From Octopus bimaculoides (Eukaryota): 49,167 bases of DNA. A program made the translations under genes and the position numbers. How positions within the stretch are numbered: position 1 is the first letter of the stretch; every line of letters begins with the position of its first letter. Shown in pieces: positions 12,130 through 25,292 of the stretch. The stretch covers positions 35,243,249 to 35,292,415 of the forward strand of contig NC_068997.1 of the NCBI RefSeq assembly GCF_001194135.2, given 5' to 3'. A model generated the notes under the pieces. The model was not told the DNA's origin. It saw nothing but the letters and a program-made list of their open reading frames with translations, and did no database searches.

Positions 12130-13215
12130 TGTAGTGAATACTTCTATCGCCATTATATACAAACAAACCATCTTCCCCACTGTTATAAATATAATCAAGT
12201 TCGGGCGTAGCAGAGAGCAGCCTACTGTATCTATCACGTGACTGATTATTATTTGAAGCGGCAACTGCCTCGTACCGTTCCCGCCAGAACGCAAATCAAC
12301 CAACCACAGCCCTTAATAAGGTCACGTGATGGTGTTCTTCTAATGCTTTTCTGGAGCCCCTATTTTCCTATAAATAGCCTAAATTATACCCGCCAATTCG
12401 TCGCGCCTCAGATCCTAGATCTGGCTGGCGTTGAACACACACGCGTATCACAGCAGCAACCAGTTTCCAGCGACGACGTCGACACCATCGTACAACTACG
12501 AACTACAAGCAGCGCCCCCGACGTCGCCAGCAGCAACACGACACTACGACTACCAGCGTCCCCAACAGCAACACGACACTACGACTACCAGCGTCCCCAA
12601 CAGCGTCAACATGACTCTACACGTACACAAGCTACCAACAGCTAACTGCAGAACTTCTAACCCTGTTTGTGTAATTTCTTCACCGCGATCATTAACAGCC
12701 AGAATTTAGCCTGCGAAGAACATCTGTACTCAAGAACCCGGCTTGGCATAGAAGCCACAACATCACAACTAGTGATCGCTCTGCCCCACACGCCTTAACT
12801 TCTTATATACAGACACTTACCACTGTGTACTCTTAGAACTGGTATCTTAAATCCTTATACGTGTTACTGACTATTCTATACTATGTATCTCTCGCATACA
12901 CATACATGTATTACTCGCACACACTAATTTCTTTACATGACGACCTGTCTTTTATTGTGTTTTATTATGTCGCATTCACACACACACAGACATACGATTT
13001 AATGCTTCAATAAATACTACTGTTATTCATCTTCATATGGTTGTGTTCCTATCGTCTTCCTTACTGGCATTTACGAATTTTCTATGTTATCGAAGTATAA
13101 CATATATATATCATTTGATATACTTTGTGTTCGACCGTGTGACGCGTTTAATAAAGGAGCCTGTTTTTCCATTCGTCACCATTTCTCCTTTTTGGTTCGC
13201 ACGGTCGTTCTTACA
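12130..13215 (+). mobile_element. Solo LTR (Gypsy-type by its 4-bp TSD)
   Basis: TGTAGTGAA...TTACA termini; flanks GATA (12126-12129) / AATA (13216-13219). TATAAATA 12369-12376, CACGTG at 12235 and 12323, AATAAA at 13009 and 13150. Homologous to 47483-48694. Confidence 0.8.
12531..12604 (+). repeat. Two perfect 35-bp tandem copies inside the LTR
   Basis: CAGCAACACGACACTACGACTACCAGCGTCCCCAA at 12531-12565 and 12566-12600, then CAGC; a degenerate copy lies upstream (~12491-12520). Confidence 0.95.
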
Positions 13216-13425
13216 AATATAAGAGTCAAAGAAGAATGCATAATTTTTACGTATATAAAAACTTAAATGGTTTATACTGCATCTAAACGACAGAGAAATC
13301 ATTCAGAAAAGCGTTTGCAAAATATTAAAAAAACGGATTTATTTCAAAAACTTCTTCGAATTTCAACTTATAATCAAATTTTCATTAGAAAAATTATATT
13401 ATGTTGCATTTGAATATTCAATATA

Positions 13426-16020
13426 CACTGCGTTTCAAATTATTAATGGCGTAACATTTTTATTTAAAAACTACTTTAAAAACGAAATTTTCACAGAATA
13501 AAGGCTTCAGTCATGTGCTCGTGGTGTGTAAAAAAACAACACAGAAAATATGGCCATTTACCAAATTTACGTAAACGTTCACTGTTTCAATTAATGAGAT
13601 GCAATTAAAACTCATGTAAACAAGAGAATACCTATTTGTTTGATGTACATACTGAAGTAGACACATACATGGAAGAAATAGAAATAAACAGAGTTCAAAA
13701 ATGATTGGTAAGCTGGTTAGTAAGGGAAATATGAGCATTTGTTTGATATAAGTTGGAAAAGACGCTGGTCCATGGAACATGCTAATTTCTGGATCTCCTC
13801 TAATGTTATACCAAGAGATACATCCATTATTGCCTGCCACAGTCCATCTTTGCTCCTAAATTGGCGTCCATTCTCGTAAACTAGTTGTTTTAGAATACTC
13901 CACAGGTTTTTTCATTGAACTTAAGTCGAAGAAACAAGGCAGGCCACTTCATCTTCCGAGGTCCACAGAAGCTTAATTGTCGCAGATATTCTAGTTTTCA
14001 TATTATCTTGCATGAATATTATGATTGTCTTCAAGGCACTCCTTCAAAAATGCTATGTAAGCGTCGACAGTCATTTTAACACTGTCTGGCACTTTCCAAG
14101 GACCAACCGTAATACCTCTGTATGAGTCAAGAAAGTCATTGATGTTGTCCCTGCAGAGTACAGTGGTGCTATGGCAACCTCAACCAATCAGAACTGGGTG
14201 CATATTAATACTAGAAGTTATCCATCTCTATAGGTAAGCGCACGTTTTTCGACAGTCAGCGGAAGAACACGACACAGACAACATCGCTTCTTTATCCCAG
14301 AACAGTTCCTGGTTTTCTCACCAACTTAGAACTGCAAACTTCTGAATCAAATTCATCCCTCAACGCTGACCCATATCATGGTCATCCTATTACGTTTCTG
14401 TCAACTTCACCTTGTGAGCACCTTTTCAGTTAGTCTTTATCTACATATATCATGAGTGGTTTATTTCCATCTCAGCTAGTTTCGTCTCTGCTAGCTGTTT
14501 ACGGCTACAAATAAATCATGTGTTCAATCGTAAGTTTTATCGCTTTCCTTTGTCTCCTACACCTACGCCCGTTTTGCTCATCACCTGTCAGCTCTTATTA
14601 CTATTTTAATAAAGTTACTATGTTTTGTTTAAAAACTGCCTTCCAACATTCATTTATATCTGCTTCTGAAAAGCGCATTTAACGGACTTTTTCCACGAAA
14701 TTTTCATACACTAAATTGGTGACTTTTTACACTTTCAATATCTTCCAAAATCCTGATGCCTCCACCCCTTTGTTGGCGTCTCAAGCGTTGATGACGACCT
14801 CGTCCATTTACAACCCATCCCTTGCTCCAACCATCAGGTCTGTTACAGGTAATCAATTGTAACTAGTCACCAGTGTAACCATGGTGGTTGTCACTAATTT
14901 CATGTGTGTGTTCTGTGACAGTGTGTATAAAGAAAGTAACAAGTACACGCAAGAAGCAATAAGAATTATTTTTTTGTTTGTGCGTTAAACAATTGGTATA
15001 GCGAGACGTGAAGAAATTCGCATGACTTCCGATGTATTTCATTTGGGTGTGTTATGCTGCAGAATGAAAATAGATATAAATGAAATGAGTTGCGCGGTGT
15101 TGGTAGTGTACACTGTAATATTCGCATATCAGAAAGGGTGATGTTGCTACTAGGACTGTCAATGCTGCAACTCGCGAGCTTGCTGGTGAACATAGATGTA
15201 CCATGTTGAAGAAAGCGATGTTGTTTCTATGCCGTCAGTACCGCAACTCGTGTCGCTATTTGAAAACTGAATGCATACTGCTGGGCGGAAGTTACCACAT
15301 GTATCCCTCTACAGCCAGCTCTAATTGATCGAAGTGGGCAGAGCATGACTGTGCTATGCCACCACAACAAAATAGTTCTTTTCTGTCTCGCTAAAGGTCC
15401 ATCATGAGTTTCGTCCGTAAACAAAACATTTGTTAAGTCATGTTACCTTCTGCCCATTTCAGACGATTTTGAATATAGGAGGCCTTTTAACCACTAGCGT
15501 AGTTACTGGGGGTAGTCCACCCCCGGGCGACACTTTTGGGACTGCTGTAGGCAATATGTATTTTTTGGGGTAAATTTTCAGATTAACACTCGCACGCTAA
15601 AACCCTAACACCCTAGTGAAAATCGTGCGGGTGTTAATCTGAAAATGTCTTTTTTTGTGGGATCCGGGGGTGGCAAACAGAAGGACCGCCTTGAGCGGTA
15701 CACACTCTAGCTACACTGGAGCTTTTAACAGATATCACTGGTTTACCCACCTTTTTCCAAAGATGACACCGGGTAGTTCTGGACACAGTTGTTTCGACAA
15801 TGCACTTAAAAAGATCTCCACTTCTAACACCTGAGTTCCTTTCAGCTTCACGCATAATTCGTGACAAAGAGAACGCTGAGAAACAGGAACTGTTACAAAT
15901 TTTTTCAGTTTGGTGATATCTTCCAAATATCTTAGATATTTCTAAAGTTGATTTACCTTTTCCAAGTTCAGAAGTACTAACAGATTTCTCGGATCTTTTT
16001 GGTTTGACGGGCAACACTTG
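13426..16020 (-). mobile_element. Fragmented Tc1-like transposon interrupted by two insertions
   Basis: TA + CACTGCGTTTCAAATTATT TIR at 13424-13444. Minus-strand pieces: HTH region STLEISKIFGRYHQT (~15900-15980), VLFTDET (~15410-15430), and VGPWKVPDSVKMTVDAYIAF, IFMQDN, KWPACSSDL, NLWSILK..VYENGRQF (13650-14130). Second TIR not found. Confidence 0.8.
15492..15721. mobile_element. hAT-type MITE (230 bp) inserted into the Tc1 transposase
   Basis: Perfect 8-bp TSD CTTTTAAC (15484-15491, 15722-15729). Degenerate termini CACTAGCGTAGTTAC / CTAGCTACACTGGAG. Removing it restores the Tc1 reading KPVISVK-RPP. Confidence 0.75.
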
Positions 16021-16379
16021 TTTCTTAACGAAACACTTTCAAACTTGGGACACTGGTAGAATGTGTCATATAAAACATCTTTTTCTCTTAGCCTTCTTAA
16101 CAAAAAATTGTACATCGCAAGTTATTTCATGTTAAAGTTGTCGTATTTCTGTAATTTCAACCAATCACTGACGTCTATTCAGCTGAAAACAGTTAGTGCT
16201 CTTTTGTAAACCTGGCAAGAACCTCTGACAGGTTACATGGCATAAAGGTTACAGGGTACAAGTAGCCACAAATATACCAGGTAAATTTTGCATATATGTA
16301 CATATATCTAAATAGTGATGTGCATGAATAGATCGAGATTTCCACTATTTCTAACTACTGTCTAGCAAAGCCACAGCCA

Positions 16380-19200
16380 AGCAGCAGACTGGGAAAGAAA
16401 AGTCTGTTGAGCTTGATTTTAATCCAGTTTTGTGAGGTATAGGCAGTAGCATTCACATTGCTGCATGCTAGCCACCATTACTGGATGGTGTCACTCATAG
16501 CTCATGTTGACAGCAGTACCCAGCCAGTTTGGTGTCAGGGTATTTATGTGTTTCCCTAGTTTCCACATTCACCCAACGGAGAAGGGCTTGGGCTATCACC
16601 AAGCAGTAGCTCATTATATGGTGCAAAGCACATGGTGCATGTCAATGCCTTGATGGGCACTGATGCAGCCAATGTGCAACCTTTAGCCAAAAATAGAATC
16701 AATTAGGAAGTTTGATTGGGCAGTACATCTGTCAAACAGAAAAGCAGGTGTCTCAAGGTCAGCTCAGAGGGCACAGAAACCACATATTGAGCAAATGGGC
16801 AAAAGCATACTCAATCTTGATTTCCAGTACAAATACAAACTGCAAATGTGTGGCCTGTCAATCCTTTCCTAACAGCAACAAGCTATGCATCCACAGAAGG
16901 GTAGCAGAAATGTTACCAAAGGACAACTGGCTTGTGACAGCCAAGCTTTCAGTAATGTTGCCTTCTGATCTAATGATGTCAGCTCTTCCTATCATGGTGA
17001 TGCAGAGTTCACAAAGCATTGGATTGGTAACCCACAAACAGACAGGTTAATTTTATCCTATCAATACATCTCATGTATGCCATACCCCACATCATCAACC
17101 CAAGGCAGGTGCCAACAATGTGAACTCCAGCATAAGAGAAATGGTAAGATCGGAGCAAGGATTTGTGTGCTCACTCAATAGAAGTGGTGGCCGGCTACCT
17201 CTAAGCAATAATGGCAGAACACCTCTAAGCCAGATCTAAGTTGTTTCTTTCAAGCATCTCAACTTCAAGGCACATGCTTTAAATTCAGCATGTGCCCCCA
17301 GCCAGTTGCATCCATGTGGTGAGTGGTGGCATTGCCATTCTGGAGCATCACTTCAGCACCATCCCACTCAATTTGTTTGAAGAGACTGAGAAAAAAAAAG
17401 CATCACTTACATAAGATACAACTTGCTGTTTGGAGCAGAGCAGCTACCACATGCTGTTCACAAGAAGAGACCCAATAGAGTCTCTTCTCATGAACAGCAT
17501 GATCTGCCCTGCAAGATGCATGACATCAGGTGTGTAGTAGCAGCATAGCAGTATCAGATGCGATGTAGAAGAAACTTTGTCACTGGTATGCAGCTCAGTA
17601 ACGACCTGCCCTGTCACTGTGTGCAGTAACATGCATGCCTTGTAAAAGCTCTTTTGTCTTTCAAGTCCCACAGTTACAGTGTAGCAAGGCTTCAGCCACA
17701 ACTTCATCCTTTCTTTCATGTTAGGCATACACCAGGTGACCTTACTCCCTTCCACCAGTAAACAGTGTAAGCGACACTCTACCAGCGGTAGTCTCACACT
17801 CAGCCTAACAAGTCAAGGAATTGCTGCACCGACCATTTCACAAGCATGTGCAGCATTTGTTGGGCACACTTCTCTTTTTCTGTTTGTTGCCTGCAAAAGC
17901 TGAAATCTCATGCATAAATGCTTGTTATTTGTTGCCAAACTGCTTCCTCCTCTCAAAATTGCTCTTGGATGATGATGATGGCTTAGACTCAGAACTGGTG
18001 CACCTACAGTGCCCTGACTAATGTGAATGGGTGTCAGGCTGCTGCTTCATACTGCCTATCACCGGCTGCAAAGGTGAAGCTTTGCTAATTCCATTAGCCT
18101 ACTGACAGCCTGCTTTCCATTTGAGACCAGGTGTCACTGACTTCTCGCTTTCCACAGCCAATACATCACCTGTGGCCAGGCCTGATTCTTGAAGTTGCCC
18201 AACACCAACAATTCCTCCTGGCAGATAGGAAGTGCTTGGTTCTCATGCAAGTCTAGGAAGTGAACATGTGTTATGAGCTGTTACATAACTCACTCCCTCC
18301 ATCACACAAAGCATCATCAGCATGTGCTAACATGTTCATGCAGGCTGCCACTACCTTGTGCTTGATCCTATCCAGCCAACAACAGGTCACTAGTTGGGGA
18401 ACCTCCAGCAGTTGCCAATGACTATTAACAGGCACAGACAAGAATTTGGCATGGTACTCCCCACAGCCAAGCTGAAGCTTTATTACTTCCATCAGGATGC
18501 AGGCTTGCTACAGTCCATCCACTGCTGAAACATCAGTATCCCTGGCTAGCATGTCACTGGTACCTACACATGGTGCCAGTGCCCACACAAAAATGTTCAC
18601 ATGTTATTCCTGCCATCACACCACACTAATGTTTCCTGCAGGTCAATAAGTGCCAACCAGACCTTGTGCAATTGTTGCATGTGTCCATGTGTTATGCAAC
18701 ACTCAAGTGTCCAGTGGCAAGCCACTGCTGTGTGTCATGCTCATGCTTGTTCTCCTTTTCTTGGTCCATCCAATGACAATACAGTAAGTCACTCTGTTCT
18801 GGTGCCAATACACTAACAAAGACCCAGACATAAAAGATGAGGCATTTGCGAGAGAACAAGTACACTCACACTTCTGATGGTTACTGATGAATACAAATGG
18901 GTGTACAACCTGCCTGCTGTGACGCTTAAGTTTCACTGCTGCCTGACAGCATCTGCACTTCGTCTACTGCCAACCAGCTGTCACTTTCTGCCAGAAGTGT
19001 GTGATGGACCAGCCATATACATTCTACAACATTCATGCAGCCAGCCGCCTCTGCCTTGTGCTTGTTCTCCTGCTGCTGCTTCTGCTTATACTCGCACTCC
19101 ATCCAATCCAGCTGACGACAGTCTGTTGCCCTATGCTCCACACTGGTACCTGAGCAGGACAGAGCCATAATTGATGTGTCAGTTGCACAGAGACCGTTGC
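16380..19200 (-). mobile_element. Highly decayed non-LTR retrotransposon, tentatively CRE-like (RLE type)
   Basis: GC-richer, CpG-depleted block. Minus-strand motif echoes: CYYTP..MLFMRRDSIGSLL (~Y..PS..GVQQGDPLGPLL, ~17460-17540), LTGHTFAVC (~G.HALSC, ~16850) and ALTCTMCFAPY (~WD.TC.DT.APS, ~16630). No intact ORF. Confidence 0.4.
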
Positions 19201-19539
19201 ACTCTACAATTTAGGGGTTTTGCCAATCAGATGAGGTTTGAATTTGAAGCATCATTCACAACGCACTCTTCCATTTTGTGTTTGTTGATGCACATACATG
19301 CCTTTAGATCTCCACAGGTGAATTCTCAATAAACCACCACCATCATCTCATCTATTTGCATGTGAGCACCCTTTCCACCTTCCACTTTGCACTCCAGCAG
19401 CAACCATGCTCACTTGTACATACCCACTCCTAACTCACTTTGCCTGCATCCCAACAATGTTGTTATCACCCTGTCCCTGACCACTTCCAATAGCCAGCAT
19501 GCTGGGGAAGCTCACACCGCTCTCAATATTTGAATAATA

Positions 19540-19672
19540 CTTTATTTCATCAACCTTGAAGGAATAAAAAGCAAAGTTGACCACAGCAGGATTTGAACCC
19601 AGACTGCAAAGAGCTGGAAGAAATGATGGTAAGCATTTTGTGCAATGTGCTAATGATTCTGCTAGCCTGCCT
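19540..19672 (-). mobile_element. Degenerate tRNA-derived SINE, second family
   Basis: Reverse complement GGCAGGCTAGCAGAATCATTAGCAC..AAATGCTTACC..GGGTTCAAATCC..GTCAACTTTGCTTTT; similar to 46410-46622. Confidence 0.7.
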
Positions 19673-20099
19673 TATATATTACAGAGTGTACTTGGTGCTT
19701 TTCACATGGCACCAGTTGCAGAGAAGTTACCAAATAACTTACAGGACAAGACCTCTCGACAGGTGGAAGAGTAGTACTGAGGGACAGAAAGGGTGTCTTA
19801 CATGGAGAAAAAGATGTTACAAAGAGGAGGCAGGGGCCATACATCCAAGTTACAGGGTGGTGTATATAGTGAAGTGGATTGGAGATTGGAGAGTGAGTTC
19901 ACAAGATTTCAAAAGGAGTGGAAGCTAGAAGGATTTAACAGAGGCATATTATGTGAAGGGAGAATGGAGGTAAGAGAAAAACAGTGGTGGTGAGCATGAA
20001 TGGATTGTAGGGGATGAAGAAACAGACTGGTAAGCATGGATGGGTTGTAATGGAGGGAGGGAGGGAAATTACGGAAACGGATCTTGCTTTGCTAGGCAG

Positions 20100-20690
20100 G
20101 TCTTCTCAAGCAGTGTATTACCAGCTGTCCTCCGTCCTTTTTCATCCCCGCTGTGAGGCTCAACATCTGAAGATGTCTCACCACTTCATTCCATGTCTTC
20201 TTGGGTTTTCCTCTTCCAAAGGTTTAGAGATCAGCACTTCATGATGCAGCTGCCCTCTCCATATGCACTGCATGACCGTATTAATGCAGTCTTTTCTCTT
20301 GAACACTACAACACTTATACCCAATTTTACTCTCAAAACATTTACACTTTATTGTACATGCACACCTACATTACCTATCCAGCAGAGAGCATGCTAGCTT
20401 CATTTCTTTCAAGTCTTCATAAGTCCTCTACTGTTATACTCCATGTTTCGCTGCCATGTAGTATAGCTGTCTGTACACAAGCATCATACAGTCTGCCGTT
20501 CACTCTGAGGAAGAGGATCTTTGTTACCGACAAAGGTAGTAGCTCTGAACTTTGCCCAGCCAGCTATACTTTCAGAGCAACCTCCACTACTTCTAGCTTG
20601 GTCATCTAGGTAACAAAAGCTATCTACTACCCCCAAGGATCCCACTGGACACTGAGATCTATTTCCTCTGCTTTCTTAGTGTTTATTGTA
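20100..20690 (-). mobile_element. RTE-like LINE 3' fragment
   Basis: Minus-strand remnant of the same C-terminal segment as ORF 40425-40907 (YDACVQTA.LHGSET, GRGKPKKTWNEVVR). Confidence 0.8.
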
Positions 20691-21769
20691 ACTGCACATC
20701 TACCATGCAGAAAGACTACTTTCTTTGTTAACCTTCCTGCTATTCCATTACACATCTTATGTGTCTATAGCTTGCACTGAAAACACTATGGAATTTCGAT
20801 TTACACCTTTTCTACATATTGAGCAGGGTCATTTCCCTGAAGGGATTTGTAATTTGCTTGCTTTCTTGCTTACTAGCATTTTAATCTTTGCTAAATTAAC
20901 TCTTAGGCTTTTGTGTGTGTGTGCACACGTGCGCACACACATATGGACATGCTTGCACTATTGATTCTAGCTACAAGTCATCCCATAATCTACTTATGTG
21001 TATAAACAAAAATAACTAAATTTGCACATGGACAGAAGAATCAATATGTGCATAAACATACAGAAAATACAACTATAAATCAGAAAAGAAATAAATTTCA
21101 ACTTAAAACCAGTGGGGATGAGAGATACATGATGCACAAAGAATATGTTTCTGTGTTTGGCCAAAGGTACATGCTAAATGTTTGGTCAACAACTAAGGTT
21201 AAGCAATGATGCACCACCTTACTGTAAGTAGAGAGATCCAGTATCACATCAAGCTAGTACATGGAAATAACTGGCCTGATAATATGTGTATATAATTAAA
21301 GAGGGCACTAAAACTCATGTTAGTAAAAGGAGTGATAGTTACAATAGTTTGAGAAGCACATTCCTACAGTCTTCCAATTTACTTTTTGGTCTTACATGGA
21401 AATTGGCAACAGTGCCCAGCTTCCTGCTCGAATATGTAGATACAAAATATTGCTTGTTCATAGTTTGGATCTGATGATTATAAAGGCATATGCATATACA
21501 GAGAAACCAACACACCTGTTTTACAACTTCAGTTTGGTCTGAAAGTTACATAAGAGCAAGAACATAATTAGCCACTATGCTATGTCAATATCTAAGCACA
21601 AACAAGGTTATATACATTATAATCAACTTTTAAACTTTACTGAAGATACTAACTGTATACACCACATTTTCTGGTTGTACACCATTCAAGTGTCAAAGCA
21701 AGAACAATTCTAATAAGTAAGTGTTATAAGTACCATAGATAACTGGTACTCAATTTTTTAACTCTCAAT

Positions 21770-21973
21770 TGGTTAACTAGTTAATGTAGATTTTATTTCC
21801 AGTTGGAATTATATTTTGCATTTGCTTGATGTTAGACTTTAAATTGACTTTAAATTGACAAACATGACATTGACAAAAAGATTTTAATATTTCTTTCTTC
21901 AGATATATTTTTATTTGTGTAAAAGGAAGATTGGCTAGTTGCCGAATTATTGGTTGAAATTTTCTTTCAGTAC
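21770..21973 (-). other. DAD1: Candidate non-coding terminal exon of DAD1
   Basis: Minus-strand T-rich acceptor TTTTTTTTTTTGTAG|GTACTG (exon would start at 21973), followed by AATAAA (plus-strand TTTATT at 21792-21797 and ~21908). The link to DAD1 is inferred from the donor at 29912 and is unproven. Confidence 0.35.
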
Positions 21974-22143
21974 CTACAAAAAAAAAAATAAAAAGAATGA
22001 GGAAATATATTAAAAAAATGATGTTTTTGTAAATATCAATGAAAACATAAGCATAGGCAAAGACAGAATAAGACTTTGTTAACATGTTTTTATTACATGT
22101 AAATATTCTTCTTTAGAATATTACGAATACATGTATATATATC

Positions 22144-22390
22144 TTTTAATTTTTACTTGTTTTACTCATTGGAGAGTGACCATGCTGGGGCACTGCATCA
22201 AAGTATTTTATGTAAACAAAATGACCCCAGTACTTATTTTTTCAAAGTCGGGTACTTATTCCATTGGTCTCTTTTGCTGAACCACTAAGGGACAGGGATG
22301 TAAACAAACCAACACCAGTTGTCAAGGTTAACCCAAGGCTACTGTAGAAGACACTAACCCAAAATGCCACACTGTAGGACTGCACCTGGG
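22144..22390 (-). mobile_element. Degenerate SINE fragment
   Basis: Plus strand reads TTACTTGTTT..CATGCTGGGGCAC..GACCCCAGTACTTATT..TTTTGCTGAACCACTAAG, the reverse complement of the SINE 3' half. Confidence 0.75.
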
Positions 22391-23581
22391 CAAGTCCTAT
22401 CTAGAATGGAAATTTAGCTTTCAACTGTCAAAAGATGTGAAAATGATCTAAATACCTATGAACCGGGGGGCAATGAAGTCCATATTATCACAATTAAGAT
22501 GGAATGACAGAAGCAGTTACATGTTTTCATTCTAGAATCAAATCCTACCAACATCAATTCAATGAATTATTTCCTTTCCTACAATAACAAATTGTACCAA
22601 ATTATCATAAATGAAAAGAATCTCATCATAAGCCATGTGATAAGATTTCTAGAGTGAAACCTATAATCTTACTTGAAAACCGACATATCATATCCCAAAA
22701 TACTGGTTCTAAGGTTAAGGTTCTGCACTAGAAACTACATGATACTTTTGACACTACAGGTTGAGAGCAAGGACAGATCGGAGTGTTCTTAGTAAATTTA
22801 AGTGAAAGTTGTGCACGTAATATAATCTTTTCAGGCCTTTTAAACTGATGTTAAAGTACTTCTTATTTTAACTCTTTAATAACAGCAGACAGAAGAAAAA
22901 TATGGACAGAAGTTGTATTAGATGGGTTTGACAAAGTGACAGAGAGAGAGAGAGAGAGAGAGAGAGCATGGAAAGAGACTATTGTAGTAAAAATCATTAG
23001 TGAAGGATATAATTCAGTGGTATGTAAAAGCAGTAAAGTCGTGATTTGTGTGACTGGTGGCAGATGCTTAAACTCTAGAACTGTTTAAGATGCCTTTCTA
23101 ATGCCAGGACTATGAACTTATACTGGTTTTACTAATCTTCTGAACATCAGAACATCATCCACATGAAAGTTAGAAACCTTGAACTGAGACATCCAAAATA
23201 TTCTTAATGGTATCATGTTACTCTGGTTTCCTTCAAAAGTATAAAGTCACAATTTCTAAACATGTCAAGGAAACACTCTTGTTCCCCGCCCCCACCATAG
23301 TGAACACAATAAACACACAACCAGGACATTCAAAGTTACTACAAAATCTAGGCCATACCACCTTTACTGATTTTTCTTAGAAATTGCAGTTTAGCAAAGA
23401 TTAGCCAAAAATTATTTCAGCTCTTGAAATAATTATTTCACCCACAATGGAATACTAGTTTTACATCAAGGACTGTGCTACTATTAGGCACACACACACA
23501 GAACTTAGACTACATCAAGAAGACCATATAACTAAGTGGCAAAAGTTTCTCATAAGAACACAACTTCTGGTTCATATATGT

Positions 23582-24102
23582 GCAGGAGTGGCTGTGTGGT
23601 AAGTAGCTTGCTTACCAACCACATGGTCCCGGGTTCATTTCCACTGCATGGCACCTTGGGCAAGCGTCTTCTATTATAGCCTCGGGCTGACCAAAGCTTT
23701 GTGAGTGGATTTGGTAGACGGAAACTGAAAGAAGCCCATTGTATATATGTACATATATATATATGTATATGAAGCAATGTTCCAACGAAGTCACGTATTG
23801 TCCTTGCCTTCGAAATGCGGAGTAGATGGAACAGGAACAACTGACAAAGGGTTATACTCTTATGTTGCATGTCTCGTTTCTCTGTTTGCTTTTTTCGTTG
23901 TTCGAAAAAAGTTTGTTTTCTGTTTTTGTCTTTATGTTTTCGTTTCTCATTGTGTTTAACGTTTTTTTGATGTCCTATACTCATATATGCATGTATGTAT
24001 ACATATAGATGTAGGTATGTACATATATGTATGGATATATGCATATGTTTATATATTATTTATATTATTATATGATCGAATGCCACGCATCCTTTCCCAA
24101 GT

Positions 24103-24151
<49 letters not shown>

Positions 24152-24338
24152 TTGTCCCCCCAACATCACTTGACAACCGATGGTGGTGTGTTTACATCCC
24201 GTAACTTAGTGGTTCGGCAAAAGAGACTGATAGAATAAGTACTAGGCTTACAAAGAATAAGTCCTGGGGTCGATTTGCTCAACTAAAGGCAGTGCTCCAG
24301 CATAGCCACAATCAAATGACAGAAACAAGTAAAAGAGT
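23582..24338 (+). mobile_element. Full SINE with a ~200-bp foreign segment in its central (TA/TG)n tract
   Basis: Head 23582-23740; unrelated segment ~23771-23975 plus TA/TG repeats; SINE resumes TGTTTGTCCCCC at ~24148 and ends CAGCATAGCCACAATCAAATGACAGAAACAAGTAAAAGAG. Confidence 0.85.
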
Positions 24339-24959
24339 CTCTTCACTCTATTTCTTTTGCCTACAAAAGGAGCTTTTGCTCATTAGAACTGGGTAATTCC
24401 ATACGACTTCCATTCAGTTCATGCCACCAACCTGTCTCCTCTCCTCCTCTCACCACCTATATTATGGCCACCTCCACAGGCCCTACATAAACCACTCTGC
24501 CCCGTCCTTCTTCCCAAGTAAGTCAGAGCTCTGAAATTCCTCCCTACAACAATCAGCTTGCAACAGTCCAATAAGAACATCAGTTTTGAAGCGCCTACAA
24601 ATAAAAGGTTTGTATACCAGAAGAGATTAGTTCCTGTATTTGAGAATCTAAGTCTCGTAGTGAGGAAATTTGACTAAGAAATGTAAGTTCTGTATCAAAA
24701 CAGGTATGTGCTTGTATGAGGGTAAAGAGTTTCCTCAAATGTGGAAACTGTCAGCAAAAGTGCTACAAATGGAACTGCATGACTGAGAAATGATAGACAG
24801 AATAACTTGACAGATAACCTCAGTGCATTTGAGTCTTTGTATAAGGGAGGGAGGTAGTTGATGTTCATCTGGAATATCCACCGCTTACCAGCAGAGAAGA
24901 ATTTTGGCAAAGGATTCTAATAGTGAGATACAATGATAAAGTATTGGGCAAATAGCTTA

Positions 24960-25228
24960 AGGCTGACCAAAGCCTTGTGAGTGAATTTGGTAGATGGAAA
25001 CTAAAAGAAACCCATTTGTGTGTGTTGTCCTTTTGCTCCACCACTACTTGATAACCGGTGTTGGTGTGTTTACGTCTCTATAACTTAGTAGTTCAACAAA
25101 AGAAACCAATACAATGAATACAAGGCTTTAAAGAACAAAGATACTGGGGTTTATTCGTTAGACTAAAATCCTTCAAGGTGGTGCTCCAGCATGGCCACAG
25201 TCTAATGACTGAAACATGTAAAGACAGA
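24960..25228 (+). mobile_element. 5'-truncated SINE
   Basis: CCAAAGCCTTGTGAGTGAATTTGGTAG...GGTGCTCCAGCATGGCCACAGTCTAATGACTGAAAC. Confidence 0.8.
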
Positions 25229-25292
25229 GATACAATTTCCCCATTCAGAACATTCTCTAATAGTCACAGAAAGGGTCATAGTTCAATTAATT

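Noticed and set aside
12238-12709. Q/T-rich ORFs as secreted or repeat proteins
   Set aside because: They arise from the CA-rich LTR leader and its 35-bp duplication, which is not a multiple of three.
21777-22085. 102-aa minus-strand ORF as a coding exon
   Set aside because: AT-rich, with no homology, and it spans a poly-T acceptor; better explained as intron plus 3'UTR.
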